NCBI GenBank assembly: GCA_036172245.1
Contig: JAYWIR010000034.1
Coordinates: 868,001 to 932,000 of the forward strand
Direction of reading: 5' to 3'
DNA from: Raillietiella orientalis
Lineage: Eukaryota
DNA: 64,000 nucleotides
Under the pieces are notes generated by a model. That model was given only the letters and a program-made list of their open reading frames with translations, made no database searches and had not been told where the DNA came from. The position numbers and the translations under genes were made by a program. Shown in pieces: positions 39,621 through 51,500 of this stretch. Positions within the stretch are counted from its first letter, which is position 1. Every line of letters begins with the position of its first letter.

Positions 39621-41353
39621 ACAAGCCTCCCTAAAAGAAGGGGAATCGCACACTGGAAATGGAAATTCAGCCTCGTGGGAATAGGAACAACATTTGCTCG
39701 CGAGCCTCTCGGAGCACAGGCGTAAAGGAGTTGGACGTACGTTTGATTGCGGACGTTCGATTTCCGGAAATGAAACGTTCGTTCCCGTGCATTCGGTGCA
39801 GCAGCAGCTTTACAGGGAAGGCCGAGTCGGCCATATGCCAACGACCATGACAGGGAGCAAAGAGGATTTCCTGCTAAACACCGCGTATCGCCGAGCAGCA
39901 GGCGGAGAAAGAAAGACGAGATGGTTACTTCAATCACTTTTCCTAAATTCCTTTGTCCTTTGACGCAAGGAGAGTTTCGGGAAACTCCTGAAAGCGGAAG
40001 TGGCTTTCCTTTCGAGAGAGATGCCATGAGCTCGTTGAGCAGCACGGAGCAGGCATTCCATCTTCCCGGTCGTTGCCTCTTCAGGCATTCCCGTAGTGAA
40101 CGAGCATTCGCCACCCCGTACGACCCGTTCCCAGAGTGCACCGCGCTTCTTTCGGCTCATCGTGCAGAATCGCCATGCTGCAACGAAAAGTTCTTCTTCC
40201 TTGCCGGCAGACGCTGCTGTTCCCCTGCAGCAGGGAAACCGGATGAGGGGGAGAGAGCGAGTGGGACGCCGGTAGGCGACGATCCGACGCACGCTGAGCG
40301 CACGTCTTCTGCTCTTGGTAGCTCTTGCGTGCAACGGCGTCGACACGCGCCGAGGAACCCAGCCACCTTCTCTTGCGGCGGCCCTCCAAGCAAAGGGACG
40401 GACACGGAGACCATCACGCAGCAACGCCCCGGACGACGGTGACCCCGCCCAGCAAGGAATGGACGCGGTCGGTGGGCGGCCGCGCTCCCTGCGTTCTGCC
40501 CTGACGTCTGCAAGCCGAGCCGCGTGCAACCACGAAAACGTCGGAGGCGTGCGCACGAGCGGCGACGACGAGCAGCTAGCAACGAGTGGGCGCGTGCCAG
40601 CGCCTCACCCGGTGCGCACCTTTCGCAGGAGGGAGCGAGCGAGAAAGCGGTCGGTCGGGATGCGCATGCGCACGCACGGGTCGCGAACGAACGTCTGCTC
40701 GCGGCCGGGTTGCCGTGTCGCGTGGCCTGGGGAGCGTGAAGAGGCAGCCAGCGCCCGTCGTCGCATATGGTGAGGCGGCCCTTCCTTCTGCGGCGGACGG
40801 ACAGCCCTCGATGGTTAATTTGCGATCACCCCCGCACGTCTTGTTGCACATCGGTTCGCAGGGCCGTCCGGGACGGCGGCCGTCGGACGAAGACAAGTGG
40901 CGCGCGCGCAAAGGAAGAAACGGTGCGCCGTTCCCTTGTAGGAGGAGGTGGTCCCCAGCCGCCGGTGCGCGAATTGCCCTGAGGGGGCCGAGTGTCGCCG
41001 CGCGGTTGCCCCAGAGGGGGGCGTCACCTTATGGAAAGGTGGCCTTTTGCTGAGAGCGTTTTGCTACCGAGACTGCGGCGTCCCCCGGCTTCGCTCGGGT
41101 CTCGCGCAGGGTCTTCTTTGACGTTTGCCCGCCCCACTCCGCTGGAGCAGGACCCGCTGCCTTCGCCTACCCTTTTCCGTTTCCCGGATTCTTCCTGCTT
41201 GCGCTTTGCCCGTTCCCGGCAGGTTCCTTGGTGCCAGCGGCGTTCCCCGCGAAACCTTGCGCCCCGTCGCGGCGGTCTCCTTGTCCTTCCCGTGATGGCG
41301 GAGGAGCAGAGGGGGTCCATTTCTGCTACCGCACGTGCTCGTGGTACGGGCGC
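39621..41353 (-). repeat. Copy 2 of the 1733-bp inverted duplication (partner 17220-18952)
   Basis: Reverse complement of 17220-18952. Similarity stops abruptly at 39621 and at 41353. Confidence 0.97.
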
Positions 41354-44300
41354 GTGCTGTTTAAGATCTGCTTTGCTCCCTCCAGGTATTCCGTTCAGGC
41401 GTCTGATGATCCCGACACGGCTCCATTTTACGTCCGGCGCCACAGGTGGACGGGACTCCGGGCAAGTCCGGTTTCCTACGGAGCGTCTGTTCACGCAGAC
41501 AGACTCGACCCTTCCCCTCTGGAGAGCGCGGACGGAGTCTCCTCCGACGCGTTCGACGCTCCTCGTGAGCGGGGCGAAATGCAGTGGGGCATGTCAGACG
41601 TGTCGGGCCGGAGCATCCGTCTACGCCTTTCCCCTTGTGGTCGCTTCCTTTGCAAGGGCCTCCTAAATCAGAGATTACTCCGCCAGAGTCGTTCCTGACT
41701 CAGGTGACGCTCCGTCAGCTCCCTACTCACCTCCTCTTCCCGCTGGCACCGTCGTCCCTCTTCTCATTCTGCTGAGCGCCTCGTCTGAAGAAGGGAATCG
41801 TTGCGTGGGAAACCCTGGAGTATTGACGGCGGCGGACCTGCCCTCGCGTGGAGGGTGGACAAAGACTCTGGACCTGTGTCGCTCGAGCTTGTCGGGTGAG
41901 GTGGCCGCCTCGGATCACTTGCGTGGACGTTTCTTCGGTGACGTCGGCCGACAGACCGTCCGAAGGAGATGCGGGCCTTCTGCTCTTCAGCTGACCGCTT
42001 GTTGAGGACGAGGGTGATCCGAAGCAGACGGTCAGGTGTTAGCTGTCGCGAGAGGCGCGCGGGGATAATGCCAGGGGGCACTCTGGGTTTCGGTCGTCGT
42101 TATGGAGAGCGTGCTCCAAGCCGAACGTGACCTCACGTAGGAAAGACTCTCTCCTTCCCGTCCATTCGACTTGCTCTCTGCCTTAGTGACCACCATCTCG
42201 AGAGCTTCTGACGTTTTCTTCTTCTTCTTCCCCTCCTTTCCTTCTCCTCCCCCCATCCCTTCTCCCGCGGTGTCCCGGCCGCCTGTCGGATCCCGAGGTT
42301 TCTCTCGAAACTTGTTGACACCACCCCCTATCCCATCAACGACGACGACATTAGTAGTGCTCCTTCCCGGAGCCCCCTCAAGGCAGCCTAAGGACCGCCC
42401 CTCTGACTGACTCCATGAGCGCAGACGCAGACTCCATTCTGCTCTCGAGAGACCTCAGGGGGTTGACCTCAGGCTCGCTCCTTAGGTCGGGACCGCGGTT
42501 GTCCGGTGCTGCTTGGTCTCCTCTCCTACTCTTTGCCCTCCCTGCCGCTTCCCTCTCCTGCCGCGGCCCATCGTTCCCGGTGTTGAAAAAGACTGAAGGA
42601 TTCCCCGTTCGCGGGAGAGGGTGCATTCACCCTCTCCGTTGGACCGAGGGGTGACCACTCCCGTCGGGAGAAACGGGAATCCTCCTGGGGATGAGTCTCT
42701 CCCTCTCCTATCAGCGACCGCCAGGGAGCGCCTTTCCTGGCGAGTCCCGGAAGGGAGTTCGCAACGCACGGAAACGGCACGGCCCGTTCCTGATGTCTTT
42801 GGAGGGGATTTCTCGAGTGGAGCGATTCCTTGACGGTGCTTGCTGAGGAATCGGCCCGACCCCCCGGCCGCCACCGATCACACATCGGAGCTGCGCCTCC
42901 TCTTCCAGAGTCGGTACGCGGGATACACGGGAACGACCCGTTAGGGGTGTGCTGTTGGAGAGAGTCACCCTCATCCCCACTCCACTCCACTCCTCTCTCC
43001 CCGATGAGCTCTTCGTTCGCTCCGGCAGCGTCATCAGAGATGCTGCTGCATCCTCAAGAGCTGCATTGGGCAGCCCGAAGAGCGCCCGTACGATCCCACG
43101 AGAAAGCCTGGAAAAGCCTGCCACGCGGCAGTGGCAGGGGACCGGACGCTCCCACCGGATCAAGGCCGGGAGAGGTCGAAGCCACGTCGGTTCCTTCCAG
43201 AACGGCTGCTCGCCCCGAGGCCGGTCTCCTACGACGGACGGAAGCCGCTCTTGCGGGTGTTCGGGGAAGGTCACCCCTCTGCAAGCGCGCTGCGCGTCCA
43301 CGGCCTCCTAGTGCGCGGACGGGAAGCTTCTTCCCGCCGGAAGGACGCATCTTCCGGAGAAAAGCCTTCCCGCCCGAGCGGTGCGGGAGCCGTGGGTACC
43401 CAGACAGCTGCTCGCTGGGCACTCCCGTTTTCGCCAACGGGTCCGGCGGGCCGTGGAAGGCCGTCAGCGTAGACGAGGAAGGGGGAGAGGGGGGAAGAAA
43501 AGAACCGGGGAGTCATGTTCCGGGTAGTCAGAGGGCACTTGGCGACCCTCCTAGGGGTTGCTACCGGAGATGCCATCCAGCGACGAGCGCCGCGTTCCAC
43601 CAAACGGACTCTGCAACCTACGAATTCTTGCGCCTCTAGAATGGCCAGGCCGACCTTCTGGGGGCGCGGCCGTTATCCGAGGAGGGGTCAGGAGCAGCCC
43701 GTCTGCCTTGCGGTAATGCTGGAGAACCCTGTAAGAAGTGTGGACGGGAGGTCACCTTTCGCGCGCACCTCGTCGATCCGGCTGGAGACCGCCGCATCCC
43801 GTGGACAAGCGGCCGACGCTCTCGGGAAGTCGACGGCTAGACCTCCCTCTGCTGCTCCAGAGGGGACGCGACCTCCCAGAAGAACGCAGGATAGGGGAGA
43901 CGCCACTTCCTCTATCTCCACGCATTCTTTGTGCAGAAGGAAAGCTTCGAAAAGGTGTCGTGGACAGTGGGTAGAACGGACTTCCACGAGCGTGGACCAC
44001 AGGCTCCGGGAGCGACGTCTTCTGACCTCGACCCCAGAACTTCAAGGAGGGTGCCAAGTCACGGGTTTTCGTTCCGACCGGAGACATCTCGGTCCGTAAC
44101 TGCGCGTGTCTTCTTCCAAAAGGCCAGTGGTGGCCTCCCACGAGGCCTCAACTTTTGGTCTAGGATGACGCTTTGGGGTCCTTTTCTTCTGGATGCTCTC
44201 CTTCCGGCTTCTTCCTTTCTTTCTTTTTGGTGCTGAAGAACCGTTTGCCTTCTTAGGGGACTCAGTAATGTCTTCAAGGCTCTCCATGCCACCTGTGGTT

Positions 44301-45935
44301 GCTTCTTGACTTTTCAAGTTGGGGGATCACCCCGGTAGGGGACCACAATCCAGAAAGGCTCCGGAGGAAGGAGACCATTCCTCTCAAGCTTGGGAGGGTA
44401 AATCCGAAAGGAACACTCGCCCTGGTTGCATCCCAAAGGAGCCCCGAAGGGAACGTCTTCCCTATTCTCTCCTGAGGAATCCCGTAGGGGGCCACTCCTC
44501 ATTTCTTCTCCGGAGGGACTTCCCGGAAAAAAACCACTCTTTGCATCCTTCTCTGAAGAGAACCCCGGAGGCAGGCTTCTTGAATTTTCTGATGGACGTA
44601 CCGCGAAGGGAGCAGCGCTCTTCTGACACTCTGGAAAGGCGACTCTCCGAGGAAGCAATCAACCAGCTCATGGTATGCGATGGAGTATTCCCCCACAGAG
44701 GAGGGAGACAGCCCCATCTTCACAACTGAGGAGGAACCCCAAAGGGTTCCTTGTTTTCTGGAAGGACCCCGGAGGCTCGACTTTTAATCCCTACCAGTCA
44801 ACAAGAGCATCTTGCTTCCACCAGTGCCGCACCCACGAACGGTAGTGTCTGGTTGCAGGAAACCGTTCGCACGTGGGGGAGGATGCAGGAGCCAAGCGCG
44901 GAACAGAGGCGACGTTTCCTGTACGCGAGCAACAACAACTGCACGCTCCGGGAGATCCTGGAAGATCCCGCGAAGAGTGCATGAGCAAGCAGAACCTCCC
45001 TCGCCACTGCACTGCCCTCCCTTAGGGAGCATATGGGCCATGGATCAAATGCCTTGTGGCTAGATAGGAGGTTACCGTGGAAATCTCCGGAAGGAGAAAA
45101 GGACCGGGCGAGTGGACGACGGACCAGCTCACTGACGCTGCGACCCGGAGTGCTCGACCTCGTGGACTTTTGCGTTGGGGCGTGCTACTGGGTATTCCCG
45201 AGGAAGACCTGTAGTGGCCCTGGGTGCTTACGAACACCCGCACCCTTCCCTTAAAGTGGCAGGAGTCGGCATTGCTGCTGCTGCACTGAGGTCTCCCGCG
45301 CAGCGCCCGCCGGAATCTGTCCACACAGGTGTGTGTGAACTGTGCAAAGTGAGGGGAGCGGGAATCCTTCCCGCACCTCATAGTGGGTTGTGTTGCCCTC
45401 CGACCCCTTTGGGGACGTTTTGCCGCGACCCTTGGAACTCCCGGCGACAACGCCAGGGACTTTGTAAAGCACCTCCTCCTGTGCAATGCCCTCACGCCGA
45501 CCGCATCCCTAGCAGCACTGCTGCCTACGCGGGATAGGGGCCGCATGGAGCAATGCCAGCGGAGCCCAGAACGACAGGGACTCTATCTCTTTTGCTGTCC
45601 TCTTCATGAGGACAGCGTCAAGATGATCCCATCTGGGAACCATAGAACAGGGACTTGCTGGCATCCTTACAAAGATGCGGAGGACGCCCTCCAGCACACA
45701 GTGAACCCTTCCCCAACCTCCCCTTCCCCCCCTACCCCACCTCCATCACCCATTTTTTTACTGCATTTTTTTCGTTTTGGTTTTTTCTTTTTGTTTGTCT
45801 TCCCTACAATTGTGCTGCCGAGGCGAACCCTGATGGCCCGTTTGCCAGATCCTGGAAGGTTCCTTTTCGTATCCATAAGTAACGTGTAGACATGTAGGTT
45901 TTATAAATAAACGCCCCAGCGTGACCGGATGTCAA
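41354..45935 (+). mobile_element. Near full-length but heavily decayed L1/Tx1-clade LINE (ORF1 remnant, APE, RT, 3' UTR)
   Basis: RLKKGIVAWETL/SIDGGGPALAWRV near 41785-41850 parallels ORF1 RMNKGAQIATLVQIDDNSPAYAWR. In order follow ILLSRDLRGLTS (42430, APE start), FGGDFS (42800), PLSPRILCAEGKL (like RPISLL), DLDPRTSRRVPSHGF (like DxxKAFDRVxH), FLFGAEEP and LWKGDSP...WY...PTEEG. T-rich 3' UTR, then AATAAA at 45906. Confidence 0.7.
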
Positions 45936-46019
45936 CCAGTGCCGCATCCGAATAGGCCAACCAGAGGCATCCCTGGAGAGAAAGGGGGGAGGGAACTTTA
46001 AACTCACTACGCAACCCCC

Positions 46020-46850
46020 GTTCTTGTCGCCGATCGTCTCCCGGGCGGGATTCGAACTCGCAGCGCCTGCCCGCGTCGGAGGCCTTGTGGTTAAGGCTTC
46101 CGCGCGTGGCACCATGCGTCGCGGGTTCGAATACTTCGGCAGAAACTGATGCCACTGCGTCGTTGGGTTCCGAGTTTCTCTCCTGCAATGGCGCCGGTTG
46201 GCCGAGACATTCGGGAGTGGCCCCGGCGGTGGATAAAGCCGGAGGCCTCCCGATGAAGGCTGGAACAATGGGAGTCGACCTTAGGATCCTCCCAGGAATA
46301 AAGGAGTGGGGAGTTCCCCCTCCGGTCGTGCAACGGAGAGCGGACCCCCGTCACCAGGGGACCACCTCTGGTTTCAATATGGAGCAGGAACCTTCACAGG
46401 CACCTCTCCAGTTGTTCAAAGGAGCGGACCCCCCTGTTGGGGGGACCCTCCGAGTCGTCGCCTCTTTGCAGAGTGCAAGGAAGCAAGCGAGAGCGATTCC
46501 CCTGCGGGAAGCAGCAGCGCCCCTTCTGAGTTTCGGAAGCGTCCCTTCGGGGTTCTCTTCAGAGTAGTGAACAGGAGCGGTTCCCTTGAGGGTTCCCTCC
46601 GGAGAAGAAATTCCTGCTAGCGGATCCTTTCCGGGTCCCCTTCGGAGAAATTGAAATGGAGAGGACCACCCCCCATCAGGGGGGTGTCCCTCCGGAGAGC
46701 ATGAGGAAGGAGATTCCCTTCGGGGTTCCCCTTCGGAGACAACCAGGGTTGGAGATGAGATCCCCCTCGTCCGGGGGGATCCCTTCCCAAGCGTGAGAGG
46801 AACGGACTCCTAGTCCTTCCTGGATTCATAGAGCGGACCCCCATCCCAGG
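46020..46850 (-). mobile_element. Decayed L1/Tx1 ORF2 internal fragment (post-RT region), same family as 41354-45935 and 50030-51500
   Basis: Nucleotide similarity is visible by eye to 50600-51240 (same strand; e.g. GGAAGCGTCCCTTCGGGGTT vs GGAAGCGTCCTTTCGGGGTT) and to the reverse complement of 44330-44960. Confidence 0.65.
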
Positions 46851-48683
46851 GTGCCCCCTATCCTGAAAAATTACACTGAAGAATTACACGTCCCCCTGCG
46901 GGTTGCCGCGAGCGGTGAGGCGTGGAAACAAAACAGTGTGTTTAATGTTCAAAAAGAGCCACGTGCTCCGCGAGGCACGCGACCGGCTCTGAGGTACTTA
47001 GCGAACCAAAAAAAAAGAAAACCCGCAGCGCCTGGTACCACCCGCGGAGGTCGCAGCTGCGCGGCCGCCAGCGCAGGCTTGTCTTTTAAGGCGGCTCGTC
47101 GTTCGCATCAAGGGAGACCTGGAAGACATGATGGACGACGGAGAAGACCTGTCCCTGAACTGGAGTTGTCGGAAGGGTGCTTCCTTCTCATTGGGCCGAA
47201 TGCCCTCCGGGGGTGAAAGAGAGGGAGACGCAAGCGAGCAAAAGGTCCAGCATCCGGCGGTCCCGCCGTGTGGTACGCCGACCCTCCTTGCTGGGGGAGA
47301 GATGGCTCTCGGAGTCCCTCATGGCCCCAATCCACGTTTGCGCCTGGGAGGTCGTGTATTCCGCTTCCTGGATCTGCTGATCGGGTCGCTCCGGACAGCA
47401 GCGACCGCGGCGACCTCCGCGCCGCTGGCACCCATCGCTGAGCGGTCCCCAGCCCTCCCGCACTGGCACGCCCCCTCCAGCCCCGCGAATGGGTGAAGAG
47501 CAGGCGCGCGCTCCGGGACGACCGCGTCAGGGAGGTCTCGATCACTCGGGAGGAGCGCTCAGCAGGAGCATGCGCGCAAGTATTCGACGCACTTTCTCAG
47601 GCGGGAAAGATTGCTACAAGTCACCGTGGACGCGTCCTTCCACCCGCACAGGCTGCTTCCCTCCCGCGAGCTCTATCTCGACACAAGTCGGACAGACGAC
47701 CCCCCATTTTTCCCCCGTAAGCGTGAAAACCACCGGGGAAGGGAGGAGGGAGAGGGAGGAGGTTTCTCGTCCTATCGCGTCCGGTTGACGGCGATTCTTG
47801 CCCCGCGGGCGGTTCCGCTACGGGAAGCGGAGCGCCGTCCTGTGACCTGAGGGTTCTTTTCCGGACGGCCGCATCGCATCATAGCGTTCGCTCACGTTCG
47901 GGGTTCTCCTAAACGACCTGCAAGCGGCGGGATGTTTCCGGCATCCCGCCGCCGAGCGAGCCCTGCCACTGCCCTGCAGAAGATCGCCCAGCCAGGGCCG
48001 CCTCTCCTCTTCCCTACGCACGCTCCCTAACGGGAACGCTCCCGTCGTTCCTCTCATCCCGATTCCTGGCCGCCGAGGGCTCGGGGCACCGACGGCGCGG
48101 TGGACAGGAAGCGAGGTCACACCCGCTTCTTCGCGCTTCGATTCCTGTGACCCTTCGCGGAGAAAGCTCGTCCCGATTCGGGGTCAGCAAAGCGTCCTTT
48201 TCCCGAACGGAGGGATTTACCGACAGGAATGTGCAACCGACTTACCCCGATTCGGTCCCCGCGTCGGACGGCCCGCGAGGACGACAACCTCCGTGAGCTC
48301 CAGGACGGATGCAGGGGGGAGATGTGGGTCGCGACCGCTTTCGCGGATGCTTAGGTCAACGGCCACCTTCCAGCAGAAAGCGGGTGACTTGCGTCGCGGC
48401 GCAGGTTTGTCGACCTCCAGCCCGCGCGTGACCTCGAAATGCGGGACAAACAAAGTAGGTGAGTGGCGAGGTGAGGGGGGCGTGTCCGGGAGACCGCCGT
48501 TCCTCGCGGGCACCCTCATTAACGGTGCCCGTCGCCTGACCGATTTCTCCCAATTGCCCGCCCAACCCGGAAGTCCCGCCCGCTCGTGGCAGGGAAAGAT
48601 CGGCGGGGATTCCGCCCCTCCCACCCCCTCCCCAGCCCCAAGACATCCCGAGAGCTCGGTTCCCTGGAGACGACGAACCTACA

Positions 48684-48688
48684 TATAA
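48684..48688 (+). promoter_or_regulatory. Candidate TATA box of the YGAP-repeat gene
   Basis: TATAA in an otherwise GC-rich stretch about 170 bp upstream of the ATG. Confidence 0.35.
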
Positions 48689-48854
48689 TGCCGCAGCCCC
48701 GGCGGGAAGGATCATTCCTCCCCGCGTCCAAGTTCCGTGCGCGACACTCCCGAACCATCCGGAGAAAAAACCTGTTTCTAGGATGCCACTCTGATGTGGC
48801 GGCTGTGAAAGCGAGAGCCTCCACGCCCACCCGTGTCCTGATCGACTCTAGACC

Positions 48855-50014
48855 ATGGAAGCAGCAGCGAAGATCGTGATCTTGTGCCTTCTCTCGGTCG
48901 CTTCCGGCGCCGGACCGGACAAGACGGTCAAGAAGCAGATTTCTTCCGGGAGCTCCCCCCAGACGTCCGGCCCGAAAGCAAGGAACGATCCCTTCCTGGT
49001 GAGCTCGGACTACGGGGCGCCCTCTTCGGACTACGGGGCGCCCCAGCACGCGTTCGAGTCCCCCCAGGTACAGTTCGATGGCGCGTCCTCCTCGTTCGAT
49101 CTGCCGCCTCAGCCCCTGTTCGGCCTGTCCCAGTCCTATGAGAGCCCCAAAACGTACGACTCGCCCACGTACGCGATTCCCTCTCCCTACAGCCCACCTT
49201 CGAGCTTCGCCTCCGGCTCTCCTTCCGCCTACAGCGCTGGGTCCCTGCAGTACGCCGGCGCGGTGCCCTCATCGCTGGCAGCGGTCTCCTCCCTGTACAG
49301 CGCGCCATCTTCGTCCTACAGTGCGCCATCTTCGTCCTACGGTGCGCCATCTTCGTCCTACGGCGCACCATCCTCGTCTTACGGTGCGCCATCCTCGTCC
49401 TACGGCGCGCCGCCCCCCTCCTACGCCGGCGCGCCATCCCAGCCCTTCGGAATCTCCTCCGGCGTCTACAGCCTGTCACAGGGCTTCGGGTCCGGCTCTC
49501 CTCCCTTCTACGACGCCTCCCAGGGGGGCTTCGACACAGCCCATGGGTTCGACCAGCCCCTGTTCGACCAGGGTCCGGATGCACACCAGGCAATCCCTCC
49601 CAGCGGGTGAGTAGACCGTCCGGAAAATCCTTTTGCCCCCCTCCCTACTCCCCTGCTTCTTCCAGACTTCTGAGCCTCTACAACAGTCTCCCTGAAGGGT
49701 TCGGAGATAATCCTTTCGAGAGGGCGGTGGCCTGGCTGTTCGCAGGCGTGGCGACCAAGAAGGCGCTCATCATCGGCACGCTGGCCATCATCGGAGCCAT
49801 TACGCTCATCATCAAGGGGCTGATCATGCTCAAGATTATCAAGGGGAAGAAGGCGATCGAGTTCGTCCTCAACAAGTTCCTGAAGCCGAAGGAGGGAGTG
49901 CTGGACGCGAGGACGGCGAAGATGGTCAAGCTGGCGGCCAACGTCCTGGAGCAGATCGGTGACTTCGAGGAGAAGATAGAGAAGATGGTGATCCCTCCGA
50001 AGAAGGGGAGCTGA
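48855..50014 (+). CDS. Arthropod cuticle/extracellular-matrix-type protein: signal peptide, Ser/Pro-rich YGAP repeats and a C-terminal hydrophobic (TM) segment; exons 48855-49606 and 49666-50014, 366 aa
   Basis: N-terminal MEAAAKIVILCLLSVASGA; SSSYGAP heptad repeats; a 59-nt GT-AG intron joining in frame to LLSLYNS...AGVATKKALIIGTLAIIGAITLIIKGLIML; strong third-position G/C bias; AATAAA at 50192. Confidence 0.85.
49296..49421 (+). repeat. Coding minisatellite, 6 x 21 bp (TAC(A/G)G(T/C)GCGCCATC(T/C)TCGTCC) encoding Y(S/G)APSSS
   Basis: Tandem units read directly from the sequence. Confidence 0.9.
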
Positions 50015-50029
50015 AGGCCCACGCCCCAC

Positions 50030-51500
50030 TGTGATACGCAGCGGTCTGGAGACGGATGGATGCAGTGAGGAGGGAGTGTGCATTCCGGTGTCAGAGGACC
50101 CATCAGCCCACCAACGAGTGGAGTGCACAGGGGAAAAGGGAACACGGTGCTTTCACGGAATCGGTTCCCGCCGAGGTCGAAAAAAATGCGCAATAAAAAA
50201 GATGCGGTTGGCTTGGTCACGGATCCTTTAAGACGGCCAGGAGTCGGCACCTCTTTGCGTGAGGCGGGAGAGAGGGACAGGAGCTCCAAGGATCGTGCCA
50301 TCCAGTTGTCTCCTCGTTTCCTCCTGCCACTCCCACTGAAGAACCCCTACTCGCTTCTGAGGTTCTCGTTGGCGACCGCGTGGCTGCGGCCCACCAATCC
50401 TTCTATTTGGAGAAGATCTCTTCAGCCACAGACTTTTCTGGAAGCACCAGTTTGGTGGTTCAAGAAGGCATAGAAGGAAAGGAGTTCTAAAAATTCACCT
50501 GTACCGATTCTCTCTCCTTCCTTCGATCCTTCGAAATCCTGCTTCTCCTCGAAAACGTCTGCCTCCCAGAAATGTCTGCTTTTCATTTCAAGCGCGTTCC
50601 TCGAGCAGGCGATCCACTCACCTGGGCGAGTGGATCGCTCGCATGGCCGCGCGCGTTGGAGGCCACGTGACTGCGGTCTCCGCACGTGGTGCCACGCGTT
50701 GCGGATTCGAATCTCCGCGCAGAGGACCGACGCCAGAGGAATGGATGTGTCATGGGTCTGGGTTCCTTCCGCAAGATGACGCTGGTTGGTCCGTATTCGA
50801 GTGCTACACTGGTGGAAGCTGGATGTTCCCGTTAAGTGAGCGGGATTTGGAAGTTGGCCTTACAGGGTCCTTCCAGGAATCACGGAGCGCTGGTTCTTTT
50901 CGAGTTGCAAAATGGAGCCCTTCCCCCCCCCCCCTTTCTCTCGAAGGGGACTTCCTCGATCTTGTACCATGGAGCTAGTGGATGGATACCTCTCCAGTAT
51001 GTCAAGAAGTGCGCTGCTTTCCTCAGAGAAGCGTGACCCTTCATGAAAGTGAGCGACCCTTCAGGGAAAATTAGGAAGCGTCCTTTCGGGGTTTCCTCTG
51101 GAAAAGAAACAATGGAATGACCCTGCTGGGGATCCCTCCGGAGAAGATAAGGAAGAGGTTTTCTTCCGGGTTCCCTACCAAGCATGAAAGGGGTCCTCCT
51201 TCGGAGCCCTTCCTGGATTCATGGGGTGGTCCCCTAACTCGAGTCCATCGTCGAATAGCTTCAAAGCTTCAAGGCGATTCCTTCTTAGTGACTTTTCGCA
51301 GTTTCCCGATTCCATATCATTGCAGGACAAAGCGTGCTCTGCCTCGGGACATGCAGCAGTCGCTCCCGGAACACCTTTTCCACGGGTCGGAATCCGTTCC
51401 TCTTTTGTTTTTGACGGTTACCTTTCTGCAAATCCCGGGACCCTGGGAATGCCTGCGCTAGTCTGCAAGAGATCTCCACGGTGCTTCTCCTCGCTGCTCG
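50030..51500 (-). mobile_element. 5'-truncated decayed L1/Tx1 LINE (RT C-terminus to 3' UTR), tail-to-tail with the YGAP gene
   Basis: Minus strand reads GFRPVEKVFRERLLHVP (GVRQG region), FLTYWRGIHPLAPWYKI...GGGG and GEFLELL. Its 3' UTR CATCTTTTTTATTGCGCATTTTTTTCG resembles 45752-45775 of the sister copy. Boundaries are approximate. Confidence 0.6.

Noticed and set aside
17220..41353. Autonomous DNA transposon or Polinton defined by the long inverted repeats
   Set aside because: No TSD, no characteristic terminal motif, and no transposase, integrase or polB between the repeats; the interior is an intron-containing host gene plus LINEs.
46073..46145. Functional tRNA gene (His-like GTG)
   Set aside because: Acceptor, anticodon and T stems do not pair, and the segment is homologous to LINE-derived sequence at 50653-50735.
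50960..51030. Chromodomain (FLTYWRGIHPLAPW) of a chromovirus
   Set aside because: The context fits the L1/Tx1 post-RT motif (FLWxG...W...P...GGxG) and is colinear with the other LINE copies.
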